A stretch of 64,000 nucleotides of DNA. Origin: Asterias rubens (Eukaryota). Shown here piece by piece: positions 1 through 12,400 of this stretch (positions are counted from its first letter, which is position 1; every line of letters begins with the position of its first letter). Location of the stretch: positions 372,001 through 436,000 of the forward strand of contig NC_047065.1 in NCBI RefSeq assembly GCF_902459465.1. The letters are read 5' to 3'. The notes below the pieces were generated by a model. That model saw only the letters and a list, made by a program, of their open reading frames with translations, was not told where the DNA came from and did not search any database. A program made the position numbers and the translations under genes.

Positions 1-169
1 CCTATAATTAATCCTCTAATGATCAAAATTCAACATTATTTCTTATATTAATATTCTCAGTGTTTTTTAACAGACTCATTGATTTCTCTTTCATACTCAC
101 TATCCCCAACTTTTCCTCTCCTCTTTACAAACCCCTAAACCATTATCCTCTAACCACTCCACCATGAAG

Positions 170-481
170 CTTACGATGCCCTCTTGAGAACCAGACCTGG
201 TAGCGACACCACCAGCACCTCAACAAGAAGGAAACCGGAAGATGACATCCCCACCACCCCAACGAGAAGGAAACCGACCATCGAAGACGATACCACTTAT
301 ACCTCAAGGAGTAGAAGCAGGCCGTCCACCGATGACAGTCCGTCCAGAGTAAAACCCACTGAGGAAGACACCACTCCATCGAGGCGCCGTCACAGACCGG
401 AGTCTATCCCCGAGTCACCCTCAGTCTCTACCCCCGCTGCTACTCCTACTAATACCACCACACCGACATCTCCTAGTGAGA
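170..481 (+). CDS. FHOD3: FHOD linker exon, Thr/Arg/Pro-rich ([15 protein letters not shown]...PTSPSE), phase 1-1
   Basis: A long pyrimidine-rich AG-free stretch ends in AG at 168-169; donor A|gtaagt at 482; 312 nt, open frame. There is an in-frame stop at 151 upstream. The start is less certain than the end. Confidence 0.6.
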
Positions 482-3400
482 GTAAGTGTGGAGTAACGTT
501 AATCCTCTTATCCATTTTCTATTTAACTTCAAAGACTTGTGAGAGTAAATGTGGAGTAACATTTTATTATATGCGGCAGCACTGGCATGTAATCCTGCTA
601 ATTTGTGTTGCCCTTCCGGTCGAAGCTCAAATCATTAAGGTGTACTTTGCATGTTCACCCATGCCAGGAATATAGGTACAAACATAAACAAATATGCCTT
701 TTCTAAGGTGAAGAAGGAACAGCCTGTAAAAGTATTTACTATCGAAAAAGGCCAAATACACAAAAAATCGTTCTCTTTTAGGATGATGGTGTCCGCTTAG
801 TGTTACTCTTGTGATATGTATGCGCTTTACAAGAAAATGTGTAGCTTAAACCTCTCTCATAGAGGTACCTCTTGCTGAACCTCATCTTTAATGCCAGCTG
901 AAGCTTCTCCAATCACATTTGTAACAATAACCTGTCATCAAAGGATAGCTGTGTACATGTATGTAACTGCTATTTGGAATCATGTCGCTTTGGTAGCCGC
1001 TTTTTTAAATGTTTGTTGGTTGGTTTTGAGGGTACATTTGTCTGTTTGTCAGTTGGTATTATTGGTTTGTTTGTCTTGCTTTTATCATGAATCATGGGTA
1101 AGGGTACTTGCTTCAGGTTCTCACATGGTAAAATTAATCACTTCTTGGGAGAAGTCAGAGGGTTTGTATATTTCTGGCACTTTGGTAGCGCTGTTTCAAA
1201 AGTTGCCCAACTTTTTCCCCCATAAAGCGGATTACATAACAGAGAGGAGAAGACGGCGGAAAGAGAGAGAAGCTCAGAGAGCTGCAGAGGCAGCCGCTGC
1301 TGAAGCTGCCGAAAGTAAGACCAGATGCACCATGTTGTCTCCCTCCCCCTCCCACCACCCTGCACTCCCCCTCAGCCAGAGTCTGCCAAGTCTCTGCCTC
1401 CTTCATCTTCTTGCTGTGCCGTGTGCCACTTTTCATTGATTGTTGATCATCTCTATCGGACTAACATCCTGACGAGAGAGTGGCAGTTTTTCATCAGTTT
1501 GTGATCCCGCTGCTGCCACCAACTAACAACTTTCATGTAAATCCACAAAGTTTGCCCTAGACACCTAAAAGCCACCCATCTTGAGTGTCAAGCCTACCCT
1601 ACAGCCTCTCCTACCTTTCAAAGCCGTATCTCCCTCTTCACAGCCACTCTGCAAACCTTCTACCCAACATGCATATGTCCCATCATCCTCCTCGGGCCTC
1701 AACCCGTCCACCTCCAACCACCCCCTCCCCCTGCCCTGAACCAAACCATACCTCGCAGAATACAAACCCTTTTCAATCCCCACCTACCTGACCCATCCTG
1801 CACCTGTCTACCCAAGCCAGCCTCGTTTCATCCATCTTAATGTACCTCTTGAACCACAACAAACTCCTTTCCAGCCAACCACTCCCATTCTCTCTCCTGA
1901 CTTGTCGACAACATCCTCCTTATTTACTAAACCACGTTTTCCCCCATCATAGCTAACATAAAACTCATAATTAACTTTGCTGCTCTTGGATGATGCCTTT
2001 GTGTCTTCCTGATGTCTACAGAATTATTCATCGCATCAGTGCAAAACTGCTGTACCTTGATTTTGTAAAACATGTCTCTGACAGAGAGGTAATAATCATG
2101 GGTTTGATTGTACATCTGGGAATGTTTTTACAAATTCTGATGTGTATATGTAGCTTCAAGAATGCACAGGGTGTAAGGCAGCATTTTGGCACTGACTTAA
2201 GGAACTAACCTACAAATACATTTGTGAACATTCAGTTTTGATAGCAGCACAATGTATATTTTGTTCTTTTTCAACAGTATTTCTTCTGGTGTACACAATG
2301 TACTTAATAACTTTGGGTTTTGGGTGTACTAATAATTGAGCTAACCTTCTTTATAAATAAAGGTTTAACACCCTTACTGAGAAAAAAGAGAGCATCAATC
2401 CCTTTAGAATGACAGATGGTATTCCTGGAAACAAAATCAGGATAAAAGAGGAATTATTGATCTCTTACTAAAAATTATAACAATAGTGGCTTTTGACATG
2501 GCGCTCAAATCTGTCACTCAGTGACGCAACATTTGGTATTTATTTGCAAGGAATGTGGAGCTACTTTTTTGAAGTATGAGAAACTTTCCCTTAATATATA
2601 GCACCATGTTATGGTTTACAAAGTGCTGTGGCACAACATGCAGTCATTCAAACTAGGAACACCGGGGCAAACATATTTTCTTTATGATAAGTGCACTGTT
2701 TTTTTTTACGTGCATTACACAATACACAGGATTCTATCTGCTCAGCTACGACACAACATGTTCGAGGTATAACATTGTTATGTCAGTGAAAACAGTTGTA
2801 TCTCAATTTCACCATAAATGATTGTTTTGCACATGAGAGGCTTCATGCAGCTCCATATGCTTTCAGGCAAACAGCCCGGACAGGGTTATACAAAGAAAAC
2901 ACTTGTCTACTTTCAAATTTACACAATTTTCAATTTTTTCAAAATACAGCATTCTTCGCACTGATTTCAGTACGATATATCCACACTAGTTCAGTGCTTT
3001 GTTCAATGATGTTTTCAAATGCTGTCTTTACTAATACTAATCTCATTACTAATCTGATTTTCCACTTTTTACTAAAAGAAAAGCTGCTTTTGAAATTGAA
3101 ATTTAGATGTGAGAAAACCTTGTATGAGAAACTTGCTTGCATAGTGATAGGGAGGGGCTTTCAATGGGAGATTTTGGATCTCTAGGTGGCAGCAGACTTA
3201 CAAGATAAATTGACATTGTTGACGTCATTCTGAGCATGCGCACATTACCGAGCACAATGGATTTAACTGGTAAGTCTGCTGCCACCAAGCATCCAAAAAG
3301 TCCCCATTAGCCTTCCTCTTTATTTCTGCACGGCTGTTTATGCTTAACTCAATGTATGGTATTATTGAATTTGCCTGCAGAGCAAACTGCCACGTTACCA

Positions 3401-6400
3401 CGGAACTTCAAACCAGCTGATATTACCCCGCCTTTAACCACTACAGAGTGTAAGTCAAGAAGCGTAGACGCTCAAAAAGCTGTTGTATTGTAAGATTCAT
3501 GTGGCTAATCCATCAAGCCCTGCCCTCGCCACATATCAACCAATCGTAGGCTTGATTATGCACTCAAAGAAGTGAGTGCGTGCAGTCAATTGATACGGGC
3601 AGCACTTGATTTGCTCATGTATTATCGCTTAACTTTGCCCAATTTTATAGTACTACTTGTGGCAGAACTCTGCGCCTAAAAACAATCGAAATAGTGGAAT
3701 TGCAAGAGGGTTAGTAAGCATGGGCGTAGCTAGGACATTTTCTTTAGGGCATTGCTCTGAAACTGGGCAGTATACTTGATGGATTAGTCTAGTATTAAAT
3801 AGTTCAAATTTTAACATAAAGTGCGCTGTTGTAGTTTGACTTCGCACTGTTTTAACCTAACACTTTTTTACACGGAAAAAGTGTTTTCTGAGGTTTCAAA
3901 AGCTTTGTACTTTGCAGTTATTAGATGTTTTACTAATGTCTCGAGGTGTAGACACTTTTTCAAGCTTAGCATTTCCTGAAATTGTTTGCTATCCTTGGCT
4001 CTGTTATCCGTAGATGACAGATGTCATGCATTCCAGGGATTACAATTGAGCTCAGCACTCTCCTTGTTCAAATCCTATATGTACACATCTTGATTCTTGG
4101 TTGACAGTAAGTATGTTTGCGTATCATGCTTTGATAGCATTAACTCTGAAACTGCTTATTCAATATTTCATATATAACAGATGTTTCTCATCGACGAAGG
4201 AGGACAAGAGAAGATGTTCCTGAGGAAACAGGTAAAGTTAACATTCTTGCATTTACAGTTTGTTCGCCCTGAAACATCAGTCAAATTATCAACAAAAGTC
4301 TACACCAGCCCTTGTACTTAATTAAATATTCTTGCTTTTTGTTCAAGGGTAGCATATCATTCTTGTTCTTTAAAGTTACTATTCAGTATGGTTTTATCAA
4401 AATGGGCACCGATTTCATCAAGCCTTTACCCAGATGTATCATGCTTAAGGGGTGACCCTTTGCACAGTTTTTATTTCAGAAAAAAACTGTTAACTGTGAG
4501 CTAAGTAAAAGATTGCTCTCCATTTTTGTTATCAGAGGAGCGATACAACAATGCATAATGTCCATTGTGAATGGCCACATTAGCTGTCAAACATGTCAAA
4601 TCATCTCAATCATTTCAAAGTACACTTTTGCTTGTGAGGCTACTCGGGATGTAAGCAAGAGGCAAGAGGCACATGGCCTTAAAATGTTCAATACCTTGTT
4701 GGTGCTTTGGTTGTATCAGTTGTCTGCAATAGGCCCCTAACGTGATTCAGTCGCTACTGAGGGCATCAAATCTGACACAGCATCAATGATGGATACATTT
4801 TGAGACAAGAGAAAGAGTTGTTGATGTTCACACTATTTTTATGATTTTTCTTACAGTTTCAACAAACATAACAAGTAGACCTGCTGAGGTGTCATCACCA
4901 GTTGAAAATGGAGGTATGTCGACACAAAGTTTTGAACTTTTAATAGAGTGTCATTTATCAGAACATGTAATTTCTATTGTGTTCGGAGTTCTGAGCATTA
5001 CTGAAAACAAAGGAATTACCTGGTAAGTCACACTAATTTATGTATAATTAAAGATGTCAGTATGTGCAAAATTTATGTCCTCTGCATAAGGATTTATTTT
5101 TCTTTTGAGAACTGATGGTAAGCTTTTAAAGTTGCTAATAGTGGATTCTGTTTGTTGTAGTATTTGTTATTGATGTATTTTTATTTTTTGACGACCACAA
5201 ACCACCAGCTGTGCTTGATGGGTTAGCCTCATTCAATATGGTTTTAAATCAATCAATCAATCAATCAATTAACAAATCAATTTTTTTGATTGATATAACA
5301 TGGAGTGGTTTTGTAGGCTTTGATGTACAGTATCCAATTTTAAAATGTTTATTCATAATTTATCTTGTCTTAATAATGATGACTCTTTATCCAGATGTCA
5401 GTTCTAGCTCTTCTCGGAGACGCCGTCGTCAGTCCAAGGGTGATAAAACCCCCACGGAGAGTAAGTGACTGTCGGCATCTTGGGATTAAGATTCATTAAT
5501 CCAGTTAATCCCAAACCCTTGTAATCAAATCTTGTCCTCTTTACTTTATAAGGAAACCACTCTATTGATACTACCAAAAAGGAAGATAACGCACTCAAAC
5601 AAAAGGAAGATAACGCACTCAAACAAAAGGAAGATAACGCACTCAAACAAAAGGAAGTCTAGTCTGAAATTGTACAGTCACATTCTTATCCTTCTGAAAT
5701 TTATGTGAACACAAATTCATTGTTTTTGTGTTAATCGGTGTGCTCTACGGTCAAATTCATTTTTTATTTTCAAAATGATGGAGTCCTTATGAACAAAGAA
5801 TAAAATATTGCTATTCTCTAAACCTCTCATTAAAATGGTGTAAAATAACATGTTACTTGAAACGTACAGAGTGAAGTGTAAACACTTTCTTCTTTATTTC
5901 TTCTTTCTCTTCTTTCTCTTGTTCTATTATTTTCAAGAACAGGAAAACAATGTTTCTGGTCACCTTTTGCTGGAGTGTGTTTGATCTTTTTAAGAAGTCT
6001 TTTTCCTGACCAGTTTTCCCCCAAACTATTCCGGGATCCATTGGTGAAGGTGTCAAGATATTCTATTGTGATCTTTAAGACCATTTTAAACCATCAATAA
6101 CAACAAATTGAAGCTTTTATAAATGAACACTGTTCATTTTACTGATTAATATTTCTGTAACAATCTAATTAATTTGTATGAGTTTAGATACAATTCCCTT
6201 TAATTTTCTCAATACTCAACTATTTACACTCAATTTTCCATCTAATTGTTGTATTTTGGTATAAACTTAGGCTAGTATTTTCACCATAAAAACATTAAGT
6301 TACTCACTAATTATTCATAAGGTCTTATGGGCTTACCAACCAAAAGTAACTACGGTTTTAAATGCAAACCAAGTTTGATGACCTCATGTTTCGACCATTC

Positions 6401-9400
6401 CTTGTTTTGATTGTAAATCAGACTTCCTTTAGTAAATCTTTTTTAAAAACATAAGGAAGCAAAAAGTAAAGTACATAAAACTTAACACGATTCAAAACAA
6501 AGATTATTTTAGTTTTAAAAACATATTAAGTACTTTTATAAATAGTACTTTTATAAATATTTAGTACTTTTGTACTTGGTACTCACTCCCCATTACCATC
6601 CTGCATGCAATCTGATATAGCATTTACAGCGGTACTACCCAGACAGAGAATAAACAGAAAACATTATGAAGGTAACTTGTGCATTCTTAGATCAACTCTG
6701 CGCTGTTTCAAAAAAGAGCAAATAATTTGTTGCTGAAAAATTGGCGGCTGTTGAAATTCTACAAAGCAAGCTTTAGACTGTTAGTTCAGTGTTGTGGTTG
6801 CAGTTTGTATCTGTCATTGACTAGGAAGTTTGTGGATAAATTTAAAGAGCTGTACCTTATTAAAAAGTTGAACTAGGCTAGGTTTGATGAGTGTGTTAAG
6901 TTGAACTAGGCTAGGTTTGATGAGTGTGTTAAGTTGAACTAGGCTAGGTTTGATGAGTGTGTTAAGTTGAACTAGGCTAGGTTTGATGAGTGTGTTAAGT
7001 TGAACTAGGCTAGGTTTGATGAGTGTGTTAAGTTGAACTAAGCTAGGTTTGATGAGTGTGTTAAGTTGAACTAGGCTAGGTTTGATGAGTGTGTTATGCT
7101 TCTGTGATGCAGGCTAGGTTTGATGAGTGTGTTATGCTTCTGTGATGCAGGCTAGGTTTGATGAGTGTGTTATGCTTCTGTGATGCAGGCTAGGTTTGAT
7201 GAGTGTGTTATGCTTCTGTGATGCAGGCTAGGTTTGATGAGTGTGTTATGCTTCTGTGATGCAGGCTAGGTTTGATGAGTGTGTTATGCTTCTGTGATGC
7301 AGGCTAGGTTTGATGAGTGTGTTATGCTTCTGTGATGCAGGCTAGGTTTGATGAGTGTGTTATGCTTCTGTGATGCAGGCTACTTTTACCATTGCCGAGT
7401 AAAGGTTAGAATCCCAGAAGAGCACAATAGTTTTAAGTCAATGTGCCTGCTAAGCATGAACCAATTTGTTATGCAAGTTTAATGGTGTATGAATAATCTG
7501 GGGCTAATTACGTGGCTACCATAAACTACAAGTTTAGCACCAAATTTCTGCACTGCCTTCAAAGCCTAGAATGCTGAATGACGTCAATAAATATGCATAC
7601 TTGTACACTCAAGCAAAGCTTCCTGTAAATGTATACTTTTGATATCAGTAAGCACTGAAGCCATTCACCTCCAAATAATACCGTAGGTACAGAGAAAAAA
7701 GGCTGTTTGACTTGAAGCTAGGATATACTTTTGGTAATTGGCATATAGCAAAGCCTTATAATTGTTCCTGTAAGCTTAAACGTTTTGCTCCCTATTTCCT
7801 TGCTCTGTAGCAGGTCTGTTGATGTGTTTTTTTGTGTGTCTTTTTGTTGTGTTTTGTTGTTGTTTGTTTGTTATGCTAGACTTTAGGCTGTGCATGTTTT
7901 ATCTGTCTCGTTGAAAATGCTCTGCAACAAAAGAGTTTGAACTAATAAGTGTAACTACAACTAAAACGTTTCTTGTTAAAGGGCAGCTACAAGTGCTCCT
8001 TTAGCATAGACCCTTTGCATGTGACGTCACACGCTCAAAAAGCACCCTCACTGTGGTCAAGGAGGCATATGATTGGACAATAGCTGTTCTTTGCGTTTAA
8101 AAAGGTGTGTGTAATATCATGGAGGGGGTCTATAAGGTTAGGGTTAGGGGAATGAAACCATTCATGATAACTTTTTATCCTGATCAGGCAAAGAAGCGGA
8201 ACCAGAGGATATTCAGGAACTCATGGCACCAGATTGTGAGTAACCTGCATTGAGTGGGGTGTTGGCCAGCATGGATGGAGTGGGGGTGTCTGCCAGCATG
8301 GATTGATCAACACATTGGATTTAGTTATGATTTGATTTGTTCTTATTTTGCTGTTCTAATAGCGATGTGCTTAGGAGTTTGATGCATAGCTCACACAAAC
8401 TTATAAGGTAGAATCTGGAAAAGGTCAAAAGTTTGCTTAAAAATTCCAAAAGAGGGTGATAGCATCGTCTGCTTGTTGTCATTGATGCCGATGTTAAGAC
8501 TCCAGGAAAGTCTCTATTTTGACTGGTTGATGAAGGAAAAGCATGAATATTAATCAAACATTTTTCTTGTAATCAGATTATACAAAATTTAACATAATTC
8601 AAGAACGACACAAAACCTGAATGAACACAGCACAAGAAAATGACTTAAGAATATTATGTTTAGTTTTATTCTGACACTGAAGTGTGCTTAGCATAGAGCT
8701 TTCCGGGTCCTGCAGAAAAGACTTACTTGGGTGGGGTTCGAACTCCAGCCTTCTAGAGCAAATATCTTAACTGCTTACCCCTCGATTCTGCACGGTGGCA
8801 GAATACAGCATTCAATTAGGTCTGTCCTCACTGGGCCAACTTGGTGATCAAGCAGTTAAGGCAAGTTCTCTAGGAAGCATTGGGGGTGGGTTCGAATCCC
8901 TCCCAAGTACCCTGTTGATTTAAATCCGACAGGACTTGACAAGCACTGAGTATACAGTGCTGGTTAAACATCAATGTCAATTGTCCAAATAAATGAAAAT
9001 TAAGCATCTTGCATTAATCTATGTGATTAACCCTTTTTTTCTCAGGAATACGTGATTGATGAAGCCTGATTAAAGTTTTGTCTTCTCCTAACAGTTTTCT
9101 AAATTCATTCGTTTCTTTCCCCTTAACCACTTTTAATGATATTGATCAACATTAACAATCGCTTTGATTTCTCTTCTCTGGAGTAACATGTATGGTAATG
9201 TGTGTGAAACTTTGAAGAATTTAAACAAGCATGTTCTTTGATTTCGCTTTCTGTTTTGCATATGACAAATATTTGACCTGTCACAAAGAACAGTCCACCT
9301 TTTATAAAAGGCCCTCGTGGTTCTACAAAAGAAAAGAAAAACCAATATCATACATGTATACATGTATGTACATTCTGACAAGCAGGAGACATTATGCTTT

Positions 9401-12400
9401 GGTAGAGTAGGATAAATTTTTGTAGTTTGCAGAGCTATTTTGAAAAGAGCTGTGAGATGTTGAGTTGATTGAAAGAGCTGAGAGATTAATTGTATTTTCA
9501 CCAAATCTCTCTTTTTGAAAAAAAATACTGCCACAATTTCAGTCATATGTAAACTAGGCTGCATATTAGGACAACAGATATTTTTCATTTGAGCCAAACA
9601 TGGCCACATCATAGAGTGTTCACAGTTACACTTGTTTTCCATACATTTAAACTCTGAGCATACTCCCTTTGCAGATCTATCAGGTGGCATTGCAGCTAGG
9701 AGGAAGCTAAGACAGGAGCAGAGGGAGCGAGAGCAGCTGGAGAAAGAGCGGCTAGAGAAAGAGCAGCGGGAAAAAGAGCTGGCAGAGAAGGCTAAAGATG
9801 AGAGGAAAGATATCATCAAGAGACCGGTACCCATCATCCGGGAACCAACTCCATCTACCAGTGAAGAGCAAGATGAGAAGGACAAACAGGGTCAAAGTTC
9901 ATCATCACCAGCCTCGATGTCAAAGGTCGTAGGGATGAGTAATGGAGACTCCTCAGGTAAATTTAATGTTTTAGTAGCTTTTCATAACATCAGGCATAGT
10001 TACCTGCACACATAACTGCAAGTCTTTTTTCTTGCTATAATAAAAATTATTTTGATTTTAAACGTCTCGATTGTTAAAGTACAGTTACATGTTCTTTGAG
10101 ATTGTTTGATGAAATCACGCAACAAGCTCAAACAGCGCCCTCATTGAGGTCAAAGGAAGACCTATAAATGACTTAGAGTTGTACACTGCACTTGCATGCA
10201 AGCGTACATTATTTGACCTCAGCAATGTCGACCTGTACAATGTGTCTGTTGTGACAGGGCTCAAATTTTAAATGATTTCAGTTGTGGCTTTGTTTGATTG
10301 AGAAGTTGTTGGATGGAAATTTTGATTTCTCAATGTTGTTTTGATTTAATGCAGAAGCAATATCACCTCAGATTTCAAGAACTGCAAGTCCAGAGAGGGA
10401 CGAAGTATTTGCGAAAACCCCTAAGCCCTCAAGTGAAACCAACCATGTGGAACCATCATCCAAAAAGACCGAGCCAGCCAAAGACATTTCCGATAAACTC
10501 TCCAAGGAAAAGAAGGAAGCAGTGAAGCTGACTGTTGATACAACGACCAAGCCTGAAGAGGATAAGGTCAAAGGTAATGAGCCTCCGATGAGTGCTGGAC
10601 TCTCCAATAACAAACGCTACCAGCTTGCCATGATGTACTCTAATCGCACCAGCCAGGATGAGGCAACAGTGAGCAGTCCGACGCGGAAGGTGTCTACGAG
10701 TCTCCAGAGCAATGAGACTATCTCAGACAGGATTGATCAGTTAAGAAACGGCCCTGTTAAGGATGAAGATGGAGATAAAGAGTCACCGAAGACACCCAAG
10801 GAAATTGAAGTCACACCTGGGAAGGTTCAAGCAGTTCAGGAGAAGTTGCAATCTCCAGGTCCAATGTCTGGAGAGAAGGAGAAGTTTGCAGGGCCAACGG
10901 GTGATAAATCTGGTGCTATCGGCCTTGCCAAACACGGATTGAAGTCCGTCAACATCCCAATGAAGCAGCCAGCGGTACCTGTGAATAAACCTGAGACTGC
11001 AGAGGAACGGGAAGATGCACAATGGGAAGAGATTCTCCGTCAGAACAACCGAGAGCTTCGTGTCCATAACTGGGACTTTACAGACTTAACCAACCAAGAT
11101 GATCAGAATGTCTTCTTGATCAAATCCTTGACTGAGATAGAAGGTGTTGTACCTGCTCCACCTCCTCTGCCAATGGGTGGAGGAATGCCCCCGCCTCCAC
11201 CTGCCCCACCCATGATGCCTCCTGGGCATTATGGCACCCTTCCTCCGCCCCCTCCTCCTCTATCGGGTACCTCAATCAATGATGGGTACAACACGTACCC
11301 ACCTAAGAAGAAGAAGACGGTTCGGCTATTCTGGAAGGAGACACGGTTAGACAGGTTAGCCATGTACGGCAAGAAGGACCCAAAGGAGACGATATGGGGA
11401 GTGCTTGGAGATGTGACAATCGACAAGAGGAAACTAGAACACCTCTTTGAATCCAAGGCCAAAGAAATACTGCAGAAGGTAAGCGAAGGGAAACTTGATC
11501 ATATTGGCACAAGAGACCTTTGAGCCTTGTATGCGGTCACAAGGGGAAGTTGAGAATAGGAATATTAGGAGAATACTGCTGTGCTGCTGTGGAGTTGAGC
11601 GTTTTGTTTAAAGGTGCTATAATGACAGTTCCGTTTTCTGTACGTAGGACCTTTGAGCCTTGTATGAGGTCACAAGGGGAAGTTGAGAATAGGAATATTA
11701 GGAGAATACTGCTGTGCTGCTGTGGAGTTGAGCGTTTTGTTTAAAGGTGCTATAATGACAGTTCCGTTTTCTGTACGTAGGACCTTTGAGCCTTGTATGA
11801 GGTCACAAGGGGAAGTTGAGAATAGGAATATTAGGAGAATACTGCTGTGCTGCTGTGGAGTTGAGCGTTTTGTTTAAAGGTGCTATAATGACAGTTCCGT
11901 TTTCTGTACGTAGGACCTTTGAGCCTTGTATGAGGTCACAAGGGGAAGTTGAGAATAGGAATATTAGGAGAATACTGCTGTGCTGCTGTGGAGTTGAGCG
12001 TTTTGTTTAAAGGTGCTATAATGACAGTTCCGTTTTCTGTACGTAGGACCTTTGAGCCTTGTATGCGGTCACAAGGGGAAGTTGAGAATAGGAATATTAG
12101 GAGAATACTGCTGTGCTGCTGTGGAGTTGAGCGTTTTGTTTAAAGGTGCTATAATGACAGTTCCGTTTTCTGTACGTAGGACCTTTGAGCCTTGTATGAG
12201 GTCACAAGGGGAAGTTGAGAATAGGAATATTAGGAGAATACTGCTGTGCTGCTGTGGAGTTGAGCGTTTTGTTTAAAGGTGCTATAATGACAGTTCCGTT
12301 TTCTGTACGTAGGACCTTTGAGCCTTGTATGAGGTCACAAGGGGAAGTTGAGAATAGGAATATTAGGAGAATACTGCTGTGCTGCTGTGGAGTTGAGCGT

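Noticed and set aside
2022-2088. Possible exon (ctacag|...GAG|gtaata)
   Set aside because: 67 nt, not frame-preserving, and it has a stop in the phase required by the neighbouring exons.
9133-9885. 250-aa minus-strand ORF
   Set aside because: Antisense shadow of the purine-rich exon 9675-9956 plus AT-rich intron; no recognisable domain.
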